NCBI GenBank assembly: GCA_043228905.1
Contig: JBHGNT010000008.1
Coordinates: 21,576,001-21,640,000 of the forward strand
Direction of reading: 5' to 3'
DNA length: 64,000 nt
DNA from: Azolla caroliniana
Taxonomy: Eukaryota; Plantae; Polypodiophyta
The notes under the pieces are model-generated. The model worked only from the letters and a program-made list of their open reading frames with translations, was not told where the DNA came from and ran no database searches. Made by a program: the position numbers and the translations under genes. The stretch's first letter is position 1; each line of letters starts with the position of its first letter. Below are positions 36,457-49,316 of this stretch, piece by piece.

Positions 36457-39400
36457 TGTCGAGAATCGATGCTCCGATTAACCTTCACCGCTCGGCCACA
36501 ACCGAGTAGTCGCGAATCAATGCAGCAGAAAAGGGAAAAAAAAAACACAGAGGGAGACGAATACACAGGGTATAACGTGGAAAACCCTAAACGGGAAAAA
36601 CCACGGGAGTGCACGACTCCAAACAACACTATACACTGGAATATACAATGGCGAGCTCCAAGGCGACGACCTTGAGCTCGCTGTCCTCGCCACAGGCGGC
36701 GGTATTACACAGAGGCGTCGACCTCTTTGTTTCTCTCTCCCTCTCTCTCTCGGCTGCTCTCTTCACTCTCTCTAAGTGAAAACAGAAAAATGAGCAACAA
36801 CAGTTAAACTGTTTGCCCTAAGTCATATTTATACACATATGACTTTCGGGCTATTTACAAATATAGCCTCAAGGGCCCTTGGCAAACATATTCACAAATA
36901 TGTCCCCGCATCCGGATTTCTCTCCGGGTACATTCATCATCCGGCTCCGTAACCGGGGTCTTCGTCATCCGGCTCCGTAACCGTAACCGGGCTTGCCGTC
37001 ATTCATCTCCGGACATCCCATCCGGAGGGACCGAAATCCCAACAAACTCCCCCTTCACTTCGGCATGGGATGTCTCTCCAATCCGATCCTCTTCCGGCAT
37101 GCTTCCAGCTTGTCGGGTGTGAGCACTTTGGTCAGCATATCTGAGCCGTTCTCGTTCGTGTGGATCTTCGTCAGCACGAACTCCTGGTCTTCTATCCTTT
37201 CCCGGATCCAGTGATATCTTCGCTGGATGTGCTTCGTCCGGGAGTGATAGGCCGCGTTCTTCGCAAGGTGGATGGCACTCTGACTATCGCAGTAGAGTCG
37301 GTACTCCTCCTGCCGTATCCCGAGCTCTCTAATGAAGTCCTTCATCCATATTACTTCCTTGCCGGCTTCAACAGCCGCCATGTACTCCGCTTCCGTGGTT
37401 GACAACGCAACCGTCTTCTGCAGCCTCGACTGCCATGAAACAGCTCCCCCTGCATACGTCATCACATACCCTGATGTGGACCGGCTGGTATCTGCATCAG
37501 CCGACATATCCGAATCGGTGAAGCCGTCGAGTTCGGGCTTACCGGAGCCGAATCGGAGACACACGTTTGCCGTGCCTTTCAGGTATCGGAGTATCCACTT
37601 AGCCGCGTTCCAATGCTCTTTGCCGGGATTGCTCATGTACCGGCTCACCACTCCGACTGCATATCCTATGTCCGGTCTCGTACACACCATGGCGTACATC
37701 AAGCTCCCGACGGCTGAGGCATACGGCACTTTCATCATATCCTCCTTTTCAGCCTTTGTCTTGGGACTTTGCTTGCTGGACAGCTTGCAGTTTGCCGGGA
37801 GGGTCGATCCGACCGGTCTTGCTTCCGACATGTTGAACCGGTGAAGCACCTTTGTCACGTACTTCTCCTGTGACAGCCACAATTGCTTCTTCTTCCGGTC
37901 CCGGATGATGTGCATCCCTAGTATTTGCCTCGCCGGACCCAGGTCCTTCATTGAGAAGGTTCGGTGAAGAGCCTTCTTCAGCATCCGTATCTTGACCTGG
38001 TCCCGTCCGACGATCAGCATGTCGTCCACGTACAGGAGGAGTATTAGAAAGTCTCCTCCTTCGAACTTCTTCACAAACACGCAGTGGTCGGACTGCGTTT
38101 TGAGGTACCCTTCGTCGGTCATGAAGGAGTCGAACTTCCGGTACCATTGCCGGGGAGCCTGCTTCAGTCCGTAAAGGCTCTTCTTCAACCGGCATACCAG
38201 GTGCTCCTTCCCTTTCTTCTCGAATCCTTCCGGTTGCTGCATGTAGATCTCTTCATCGAGGTCACCGTGAAGGAATGCCGTCTTCACGTCCATCTGTTCT
38301 ACCTCGAGGTCCATGCTTGCCGCTATGCTCAGCACCGTCCGGATGGAGGTCATCTTCACTACCGGGGCAAATATTTCGTCGAAGTCGACGCCCTTCTTCT
38401 GCTGAAACCCCTTCACCACAATCCTGGCTTTGTATCTCGGGGGGTTTCCGGCATCTCCCGGTTTCAGCTTGAACACCCACTTGTTTCGAAGTGCCCGCTT
38501 TCCTTTCGGCAACTCCACAAGTTCATATGTGTGGTTCTCATGCAGGGAATCCATCTCGTCCTGCATGGCACTCAACCACCTGCGGCTCTGGGTGTCGTGC
38601 TTTGCTTCTTCAAAGCTCTCCGGCTCCCCCTCGTCGGTTAGCAGCACGTGCTCTGGTTCCGGAAATCTCCGGGGGGCCCTTCTCTCTCTTAGAGGATATC
38701 TCCGTTCGGGAGCTTCGGTAACCGGTTCTTCCGATTCTTCTTCTTCATCCGAATCCATTTCGGGATCGGGGCCGATTCCGGTATCACTTTCATCTTCTTC
38801 GGCCGGTTCTGTTTCTTCACCGTCTTCGGCCGGGTCCTCGAGTGCTAACCGGTTCCTTGCCGGTCGGGACTGCTCCTCGTAGAGTTGATCCTCACCGGTC
38901 GACTTGGAGCTCTTCATCTTCTTCTCCGACTCCCAGTCGGCGAGTGTCTTGTCCTCCATGAAGATGATGTCTCGACTCCTGAATATCTTCTTGTCGACCG
39001 GGTCCCATATTCGGTAGCCGAACTCGTCGTCGCCGTAACCGAGGAATATGCATGGCCGGGTCTTCGGATCTAGCTTTCCTCTCCGGTCCTTTGCCACATG
39101 CACGTATGCGAGACACCCGAACACCTTCAGATGCCGGTAAGATATTTCCCTACCGGTCCACACTCTCTGCGGCGTGTCTCCGTCCAAAGGTACTGAGGGT
39201 GATCGGTTTATCACATATGTCGCCGTCGACATTGCCTCAGCCCAAAACCCCTTGGGTAATTTCGCATGCGCCAGCATACTCCGGACCCTCTCCATTATGG
39301 TCCGGTTCATCCTCTCGGCCAGTTCGTTCAGTTCCGGCGTCTTCGGCACAGTAAACTCGAGTCGGATTCCCTTCGAGCGACAGTACTCCTGGAACTGCCC

Positions 39401-41750
39401 CCGGTATTCCCCTCCGTTATCCGCTCGTATCGCTTTCAGCTTCTTGCCGGATTCCCTTTCCACTCTCGCGTGGAGTTCTTTGAAGACGCACAACACTTGG
39501 TCCTTTGTCTTCATCGGTGCCGTCCACAGTTTTCGGCTATGATCATCGATGAATGTTACGAAGTACTGGGCTCCGCCATGTGACTTCGTTTCTACCTGAC
39601 ACACATCAGTGTGCACCAACTCCAATGGTGCGCTGCGTCTCGTCGGTGGCCTTGAGTGGAAGGAGGTTCGGTTCTGCTTACCGGCCAGGCAATCGGTGCA
39701 CTTCTCCAGGTGCACATGCTTCACTGGAATAAGGTTGTCTTCTGCAAGCCTCTTCATCCCCTTCTCACTCATGTGGCACAGTCTTTTGTGCCACAGCTCA
39801 CCGGCAGTGTCGGCTGCCACATTCAGCTCTTCCGGACATAACCGGGCATTCATCAGGTACAGTGTGTTGTCTTTCCGGGCCCGAGCCACTATCAGGCTCC
39901 CCTTGCTGAACTTCATTACGCCGTTCCGGATGCTACCTGTGTAGCCTTCATCGTCTAGCCTCCCGGCCGAAATCAGGTTCAATCGAACCTCCGGAACGTG
40001 TCAGACATCCTTCAACAGCATTTTGCATCCGGTCGGGGTTGTCAACCACACGTCTCCGATGCCGGCGATCCGGCACGTACCTTCATTTCCCATCCGAACA
40101 CAGCCATGCTCACCGGCTGTGTAGGATGAGAAGTATCTTCTCTCCGGGGTCAGGTGGAACGATGCTCCGGAATCGACCACCCAGGTCGTCTCATCGCCGG
40201 CAATGTTTAGTTCACATTCTTCGGTGATGAGCATGATTTCTTCCTCACTTGATGCGAGTGCCGTTGTTCCTTTCCGGTCCTGCCCTCGCCGATCCGAACC
40301 TCTCCGGTCCGTGGCTCCCCGGTATGCACCGTTTCTCTCCGGTGACATCTTCGAATCGGTGTCGTCGGCTCCGTTGCCTTTTCGGTAATGCCGACAATTC
40401 TTCCGGAAGTGCCCCGGCTTCCCACAGTGGAAGCATGTGGGCCTTCCTCTTGACTGCGACCGGGTCCCCGACTTCTCCCGTCTTTGCGGACTCCGGTTCC
40501 ATTGTCTTCCCCGATCCGATTCGGTAAGCAGCGCCTTCGAGTCGGAGGCCGGTTCTTTATCTCTCCGACGCGCTTCTTCGTTCAAAATACTTGTCTTTAC
40601 CGTTTGTAAGGACAAGTTATCTTCGGTGCAGGAGGTGCTGAGAGTCACCACCAAGTTCTCCCAGCTTTCCGGCAATGTACACATCAGGATGATGGCTTGC
40701 ATTGCATCCTCCAACGGGAACTTGATCGCCGCAAGCTGATTCACGAATCCCATGAACGTGCTTACGTGTTCAACCATACTCTTGCCGTCCCGGTACTTGA
40801 GGTTCACTATCTTCCTCATCAGGGAGGTCCGGTTCAACGCATTCTTCCTCTCGTAGAGGCCCGACAGCTTCTTCCACATCTCATATGCGTTGGTGTCGTT
40901 CGCCACATGTTGTAGGACGCTTACATCGACATATTGTCGGATCGTCGCTACGGCTTTCCGGTTCAGGAGCTTCCACTCCGACTCAAGTACTCCCTTCGGT
41001 ATTTCCGACCTGTCAATCGGTTCGTACAGGTCCCGAACAATCAGAAGATCTTCCATCTTGATCTTCCAGTCGGCGTAGTTCTGCGCATTCAGCACCATCA
41101 TGCCCGGAGGCCCACTACCGCCGCCTTCCATTTTCTGTGTTACCGTCGCTCTGATACCACTTTGTCGAGAATCGATGCTCCGATTAACCTTCACCGCTCG
41201 GCCACAACCGAGTAGTCGCGAATCAATGCAGCAGAAAAGGGAAAAAAAAAACACAGAGGGAGACGAATACACAGGGTATAACGTGGAAAACCCTAAACGG
41301 GAAAAACCACGGGAGTGCACGACTCCAAACAACACTATACACTGGAATATACAATGGCGAGCTCCAAGGCGACGACCTTGAGCTCGCTGTCCTCGCCACA
41401 GGCGGCGGTATTACACAGAGGCGTCGACCTCTTTGTTTCTCTCTCCCTCTCTCTCTCGGCTGCTCTCTTCACTCTCTCTAAGTGAAAACAGAAAAATGAG
41501 CAACAACAGTTAAACTGTTTGCCCTAAGTCATATTTATACACATATGACTTTCGGGCTATTTACAAATATAGCCTCAAGGGCCCTTGGCAAACATATTCA
41601 CAAATATGTCCCCGCATCCGGATTTCTCTCCGGGTACATTCATCATCCGGCTCCGTAACCGGGGTCTTCGTCATCCGGCTCCGTAACCGTAACCGGGCTT
41701 GCCGTCATTCATCTCCGGACATCCCATCCGGAGGGACCGAAATCCCAACA
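36457..41750 (-). mobile_element. Very young full-length Ty1/copia D; 588-bp LTRs 36457-37044 and 41163-41750; TSD TGAAG
   Basis: LTRs look identical by eye; PBS TGGTATCAGAGC at 41159-41148; PPT next to 37045; TSD at 36452-56 and 41751-55. Confidence 0.96.
37055..41131 (-). CDS. Copia gag-pol polyprotein (gag, CCHC, PR, IN, RT, RNaseH) with one in-frame TGA at 40001-40003
   Basis: CFHCGKPGHFRKNC, WVVDSGAS, WHKRLCH, VHTDVC, DNGGEY, MDVKTAFL, LYVDD, STTEAEY; ORFs 40001-41131 and 37055-39982 share one frame. Confidence 0.95.
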
Positions 41751-42739
41751 TGAAGGTGGCGGCGAGAGGACGAGGGCGACACGAAACGACATGGGACGGC
41801 AATCAGGACGACGCGAATGATCAACGGAGGCCAAGCGGGCCACTACGGGCATGCCTCGAGCGGGGGACATCGGGCCTACGGCGGGAAGCGGGGCGTTCAT
41901 ACGGCCGAGCGAGGGCCAACGGAAGTACGAGTACTACGAAGATCGCGGCAGAGGACCCATCGGCGGGTCGAATGAGCCTACGGGGAGGCATGCGCAAAGG
42001 AAGACTCGCAGCCGACGGATCAAACCGGCAGCGAGCCGAGATGCGGATCACGGAAGACCGGTTTCTCGCCAGCCGAAATCTCTCACCCTTCAACCGGTTT
42101 TGGCACGTACCGGTGGACGTGCAGTTAGGTGGGGGCGGATGTCGTGAAGAATTTCGGCCAAAGGCGGAAACCGGGAACGCTGGCTACATCGGCGGGGTGC
42201 AGCGTGTGTACGCACCCATGTACATTTAGTGTGAATATCGAGGGCACCTTTATGGCACCGAAGAGAGTCAAGTCGAGGAAGACGATCCCATGTAAGGCGG
42301 GATTTGTCCCACATTGTAACGCATCCCTCTCCTTGTACTATAAAAGGAAGGGATCACCCTTTGGAAAGGCGTTGCCCATTTTGCATTAGAGGGTATACCG
42401 TTAGGTTTAGAGTTAGGTTCTTCTTCTCTCTCCTTCCTGTTTTGCTTAGGGTTTGCTTTGGTTAGGCCTCTTGTGCAAGACCCCGCTCGGCACGACGAGC
42501 TGAGAGCTCCCCGACGGCGGCTTGACAGCAGACGACTACTGTAACCTACCTCAGTCCGGCTTGAAGCCGGGAATGTATTCTTCATATATATATACATACA
42601 TATACATTTATGTTTGTCTGTGTATATTCGCGTCGTTGTTGGCGTCGGGTGCTTACCCTCTCCTGCGTTTTCTGTACATAAGGCGTGAGTCGGGTTGAGC
42701 TGCGTGTGCGTGCGTGCGTGTGTGCGTGAGTCGGTGTTA

Positions 42740-42775
<36 letters not shown>

Positions 42776-44028
42776 CTCTCTCTCTCCCTTCGGTTGCTTC
42801 CGGTGTGTTTCTGGGATGCCCCAGAAACATTGAAGCACGACTCCCTACGCTCCATCACTCTCTCGTCCAAGACCCCCGTGGTCCCGACTTTCTCCACGCA
42901 CGCGCGTAACAACGCGACACCGTAATGAAATCCATAGAAATAGACTGCCACGGCTTAGTAGGAGGCGGTAATAGTTGTAACAAGCCATAAGGATGATGCC
43001 TGGGTATTTTGGTTCGACAACAAGTGTCACATGTATGAACATAATCTTTGACAAAGTTTTGCAAATGAGGCCACCAAAACAAACGCTTCACCAACTCCAT
43101 GGTCTTGGCAATACCAAAATGTCCAGTCATAGGGGCATCATGACAATGCTCCAATACTTGAAGGCGGGGTGATCCATCAGGGACGTAAAGGAGATTCTTG
43201 TAAAAGAGTAAGACATCTTGCCATTTGAATTCTTGATAGTGTTGAGATGACCATTGCAATGTGGAGCAAGATGCATGGCTTGGACTAATGTGGGCTAAGT
43301 CGTTGCCAAATAGTATCCACAAGGCTTGATTCAAGTGGCGTGGCATAAACTGTTGTTTCTTGCAGCTTTGATGGTCCTAGGAGAATTTTCTTTTGATTGT
43401 CGAAGGTCGGGTCTCCAGGACAAAGTGCGAGATATGATCATCGAGACAGAGCATCCGCTTTCCCTCGTTGTTTCCCGGGGTGGAAAATGATCTTGAAATC
43501 AAAACGAGTTAGAAATTGTGCCCACTGAGCCTGTCTCCTATTTAACATTCGAGCCGTTTGAAAATACATAAGATTTTTATGATCACTATAAATGATGATT
43601 TGATGAGGCGATCCTTCCAAGAAATGTCGCCATTGCTCGAAAGAGTCGACCACAACTAATAACTCCTTGTTGTGCACCTCGTAGTTTATCTCTGTAGCAC
43701 TAAATTTTCGCGAATGAAACGCAATTGGATGGGACTGCCCGTCCTTGCCTGGTTGTGATAGGATACTCCCCAATGCAAAATCTGACGCATCCGCCTCAAT
43801 AGTAAATGACTTTTCAGGATCAATATGAGCTAAGATAGGAGCTGATGTGAATGCCTTTTGGACCTGAGTAAAGGCCGTGTCCGCTTCATTAGTTCAAACA
43901 AACGCTTGATCTTTCTTGGTGAGATGGGTGAGAGGCAACACGATCTTTGAATAATTCCATATGAATTTGCGATGGAAGTTAGCAAATCCAAGGAAACATT
44001 GGACATCTCGAACAGAATGTGGGGGTTG

Positions 44029-44697
44029 TCATTCCAATATTGTTTTGACTTTTGTTGGATCCATGAAGATACCCTTGGATGAAATAGTATAACCCAAGAA
44101 TTCGACATGTTCGCTGTCAAAATTACACTTCTCAAGTTTGGCATACAGACCATACTTTCTTAAGCGTTCAAGTACTTTCCGAACATGTATATCATGCTCC
44201 TCCTGTGTTTTTGAGTAAATAAGCAAATAATCTAAATAGATGATGAGAAAGATATCCAAAAAATCTCGGAAAATGTCGTATGCCATATGTTGGAGAACTG
44301 CAGGTGCATTTGTGAGCCCAAAAGGCATGACTGTATACTCAAAATGACCATACCGAGTGCAAAATGCAGTTTTCCACTCATCTCCCGGTTGAATTCGAAC
44401 TAGATTATATGCACCCCTTACATCGAATTTTGTAAAATGTTTTGCCCCACCAATGTGCTCTAAAACACTGGAGATTAAAGGTGGAGCATACCTATTTCTT
44501 ATGGTGACTTTATTTAATCCCCGATAGTCCACGGCCAAACGAAGCGAACCATCCTTTTTCTTCACAAACAATATGGGAGCACCGGCTGGAGACTTCAAAT
44601 GTCGAATGAACCCGTGTGCAAGATTATCCTCGATGTATTCTCGAAGAACCTCAAGCTCAGTTGGTGATAGATTGTAGATCGGACCCCACAATGACAC
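44029..44697 (-). pseudogene. Reverse transcriptase of chromovirus B
   Basis: [35 protein letters not shown]; YLDY in place of YLDD. Confidence 0.9.
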
Positions 44698-47600
44698 TTT
44701 TCTTGGTGGAAGATCAATGGGACAATTGTACGACTGATGCTTTGGAAGTACACTAGCCTTGACTTTATCAAAGACATCAGCATATTCTTGATATTTTCTG
44801 GGAATTTTGATGTTTGAATTCCCTTAAGTGGCACTAGAAGGTGTCACTGATACTGCAAATAAGAAAAGTTCCTCCTTTCCTCCCACTAGCGACAATTGTG
44901 GCAATGTAATGGTTGAGATTTGATGAAAAGGAGATGGTGTAGTGGTAGAACTATGTACTTGAAGGGAAGAGTCTTGGGTTCGATCCTTAGCAATGATGTT
45001 GTCTGATGAAGGGCACCAAATTTTGTCGCCTCCTCCAATCGATTCTTGGGTTATGTAGCTCAAACCAAGGCAAACCAAGGACAATTGGATGCTCGGGGCT
45101 ACGTATTATGCTAAAGGAAACTACACATCCTAAATCACCTAAGATTATGTGGATTGGCTCAGACTCTTCAAATATCTTCCGAGAAGCTATGGGACATCCA
45201 TCAATCACTACTACAAAAACCAGACAAGGAAGGGTATGCAAGGATATTTGATGTGTTTGGGCAAAATCTCTATCCATGAAACAAGATTTGGCACCAGTAT
45301 CTAAGAGGGTTTGGACCTGAAGTTGACAACTTGGTGTCCTAACTTGTACTTGGGTTGAGAAGACTCTACTAACATGCTTGGAAGAAATGGAACCTACACT
45401 AGATTGTATAGACCTAGAGTTGTCCAACCAAATGGCTCCTATTTTGGCCGGACTTATTCGTTTGACTCCTCTTGTAATTGGCTTAGGACTTCAAACTTAT
45501 TGGACAAGGGTGGAATATTCATAATATTAGAATCACTAAGTGTTTCTAAAATGTTGGCCTAAGTTTTATTGTCATAGTGAATTTGATTTACCTAATGCCT
45601 TGGCCTTCGGGAGCAATGAATGGCTATATGTCTTGGACCTCCGCAATATAAGCACAGACGGTTTGCTCGACGTCGTTGTTTCTCTTCATCCGACAATGGT
45701 CCTCGTCGTTACGTCATATCGATCTCCATGGGTGTAGGTCTATCCATTGGGGTTGGACTACGTAGTTGCCATGGAGTTGGAGCAGGGCTATATGTTTGCC
45801 TTGGAGATGACTGCGCCGTTACTGATGCATAAGTTGGTGTGAATCTTGACCTTCTTATTTGTTGTTGTTGTTCACATCGACACTAAAAAAGACGGTTATC
45901 GCATCGATTGCTCGACTTATAGCTTCTGTAAGATATTTTGGATCCTCGGGGAATGTAAGAAGTAAGTCTTTTACATCACTACGAAGACCGGAACGAAACT
46001 GCTCCATTAGGGCTTGTTCGTCCCAAGGAATATCGCTTGCGATGAGACGAAAATTGGTTGCATATGTCGATGCTGGCTGATCACCTTGACGTAGTGTACG
46101 ATTCTTGTTGATCCCTATTCTTGTCCCATCTGTATCTCCAAAGCAAGCTTTAAATTCATTGACAAATTCCTCGAAATTATGGAGTAGAGGAGAATTTGTC
46201 TCTAATAATGGAACAAACCACGACAAGGCTATGCCAGTCAATAAGGTGCCCACTAACCCAACTCGAGTGCATCTGTCGGATAATGCATGGGATGCATTTG
46301 AATTACCAACCACACTTGATTCAAGAAACCTCGGAAATGCGCCCTCGAACCATCAAATTTAGCGGGGAGGCTGATTTTGGGCTCCTTGATAATTCCTTGA
46401 CCGTCGACCCTTTGTTGTTGTAAAATTACAATTGTAGACTCTAGTTGTTGCACCTGTCGCGTAAACTCCTCTTGTTGTTGTTGCTTCTCCACAATAACCT
46501 TTTGTAGATCTCCAAGAAGACGTTGATTCTCAGATAATTCAAGAGATGCGAACTTGGATTTAAGATTCTCCATTTCAGCAACAAGGGAGAGATATTCTTT
46601 TGAGTTGATGGCGGCCATGGTTTCGTGATGTTTATAGAGGAGGAATAAAGGAGAGAGAAAATTTTGAATCAAACTGTCACAACCAAGAGAGAAGATAGAG
46701 TGACAGAAGAAAGGTATAAAGAGATCACAAGAAGAGAGGAATGAAATGATAAGAGAAGAATGAATGTATTAAAGTAGAATGAGTATGGATACAAGATAGG
46801 CGATGAGAGCTTAAGACTGGTGTTGATTCGAATTGATTTGAGAGTTCATGTATGCCCTTATTTATAGGTTCCCATAGAATAGCCAAGACATTTCTATAAT
46901 GTTCTTCACCTAGAATATTGTAAGATGTTCTAAGATATTCTAGAATGTTCCAAAGTATTTACAATACTCAGTGTATTACAATAAGTATCTTTTATAATGT
47001 CATATGATCATGGGCTATCTTGGGTTCAAGCCTAGTTGAAGCCATGATGTTTATGTATTCATGACACCTGCTCTCCAGAAAATTCGAGATGACGGACATG
47101 AAGGAGCTCCATTACTTCCTTGGCATCAAGGTAATTCGGACTCCAGCCAGCATTATGATCTCTCAACGACACTAAATCCTTAACTTGTTATACAAGTTCG
47201 GGATGAATGAGTGTAAGTCTGTGGCAACCCCTTTGGATTGGAACCTAAAGCTAGCTATCGACACGACACAAAAGAGTGCGACCCGACTCAGTATCGAAAA
47301 TTGATCAGGAGTCTCATTTATCTTACAATCACTCGACCCTACCTTACATGGTCAGTCTCCTTAGCCAATTCATGCAAAAGCCATGTGACTTGCACTTGGA
47401 TTGCACCAAACGAGTGTTACGATAGATGAGTAGCACAATGGATTGTGGCATTCTCTACAAATCGGCCACACCAATTCAACTCGAGGGGTACATAGATGTC
47501 AGCTGGGTTGGCCATAGAGCCGACCTTCGATCGACCTTTGGATTTGTCTTCTCTCTCGGAAATGCAGCCATCTCTTGGAGTAGCAAGAATCATCTAACCA

Positions 47601-49279
47601 TCGCTCTTTCGAGCACAAAGGTTGAATATAGGGGTGTGGTTGTGGCTGCATGTGAAACCGTCTGGTTTAAGCGAATTTTGAAGGATCTGGGCGTTCCCAT
47701 CAAGGATCTGACTCCCCTTTACTCCGACAACGTGAGCAGTATCTATATGGCTCGGAACCCAGTGTTCCACGCACGCACAAAACATATCGAGGTGCAATCA
47801 CTTCATCCGAGAGCGCGTTTAGGCTAGAGATGTCGACCTTCAACATATCAACACGAATATTTAGACAACGGACATCTTCACCAAAACCCTAGGAGTCGAC
47901 AAGCTTTGGCAATTCATGGCAGACCTTGGATTGATGAACCCTGACTTGCCAAGCTTGAGGGGGAGTACAAGAGAGAATTGAGTACCGTCCGAACCGGGTA
48001 CCAGCCCAAGCGGACATCAAACAAGAGAAAACCGGATACCAGCCGACACAGACATCAACCGAAAGGAACCGACCCGAGTTGAGCTTGAGGGGGCGTGTTG
48101 ACAATTAAGCTCAACCTAGTCGAGTGTGTGAACACACCCTTTGAGAATCTATGAGCACTCAAAGGTCAAAAGTCCCCATTACTCTCTACACATTAACTAT
48201 GTGCCATAGAATCATATTCTATGACACATAACTAATGAGTTCCATATTCCTCGTGACTTGTGAGTCTTCACATTCCCCAAGAGAGAGTGGGCATTATAGT
48301 GAGTTAATGAAGAGAGAGGGTGAACTTATATAAAGCACCCTCCTACTTCATAATTGTCAGTTGTTGCTCCTTGTAATGCTACATATGTGTATTTCATATT
48401 CTCCTCGTTAATATACTTCTTCTTCTTCTTCTTCTTGAGTAATTCATTTTCTCTTATCTATCTTGTGTTTCTCTTCTCTTCTCTCTTCTCTCCCACACAT
48501 ACACACACATAACACACATCTTTTCCGTTGCACAAAATCATATCTTATTCTTTACACAACACTGACTCTTGCCCGGTTGTGACCAATCGGTTATACACCA
48601 GTTCATATCCTTAGCCCAACGATATCGATGTGAGGCATAACTCGATTGATTCATAAGATGTGTTTCAATGTCATGGACACAGAAGCCACACAACCATAAT
48701 AGATGGAACAAACCATCGTTTTGCGAAATTTAGCATAGAACTATGTTGGTTACCAAGTCTCTATCATACACAAACATTGAGTCCCCTTCTTCAAATTTCC
48801 CAGGACAAGGTGGTGCGTCAAGTGTCAAATCTTTCTTTGGTTTAGCCCTCATTGCCTTTAACCGTAATATTGCCAAGTGTATATCCTTAGGACATCTTTC
48901 GAATTGCTTGATTCTCATCACAATACGATCTTCTATGCTCAGTTCTTCCCCCCATGACATTGTTACCCATGATGCAATCATATCCTCAATACATGCATAT
49001 TGAATTTTGTCCATGTGTGAGTTCGTCCAACATGAATGCAACTATTGTACTATGTGCGGTTTATCTGCCCACAAAGTGTATGGTAGCAATCAAGGACAAT
49101 CACTTCCCTTCCCCTCACAAACTTTAATAATAACTTTTACAATAGGGTTATGCTTGTGTTCCACCTTCCCATTGTTAGGAATAGTACTAAAACAGAGGGA
49201 GAATTAGTACTAGAGAAGGGAAGTACTATTAGTACTAAGAGGACGGGACTACGTAAGACTCCCGAGAGAGAGAAAAGAG

Positions 49280-49316
<37 letters not shown>

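Larger units (their letters stand above)
33245..42919 (+). mobile_element. Non-autonomous gag-only gypsy C; LTRs 33245-34016 and 42140-42919; tRNA-Trp PBS; 4-bp TSD CCGT
   Basis: TG...CA LTR pair; PBS TGGTGAACCCGACGTGA at ~34021; PPT ttaggtgggggcgga; ccgt at 33241-44 and 42920-23; removal restores MDFITDLPPSKGF; no pol motifs. Confidence 0.9.
21853..47066 (-). mobile_element. Ty3/gypsy chromovirus B (Tcn1-like), degenerate; LTRs 21853-22303 and 46675-47066; inserted in the RT of copia A
   Basis: Matching LTRs; gag 45855-46672, protease LLDTGA, RT 44029-44697, RNaseH 43438-43773, integrase split by two insertions, chromodomain 22288-22566; removing it restores copia KSLLSRKFEMTDM; TSD imperfect (cctct/cctgc). 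Confidence 0.9.
19814..48556 (+). mobile_element. Ty1/copia LTR retrotransposon A, degenerate, outermost host of the nest; LTRs 19814-20246 and 48096-48556
   Basis: Matching TG...CA LTRs; PBS TGGTATCAGAGC (tRNA-iMet) at 20247-58; gag 20404-21085; RT pieces ([15 protein letters not shown]) resuming after 47066; RNaseH 47426-47827; PPT before 48096; integrase missing; no clean TSD. Confidence 0.88.

Noticed and set aside
34181-42951. Many overlapping antisense and alternative-frame ORFs
   Set aside because: Expected shadows of GC-rich retroelement coding sequence, LTRs and microsatellites
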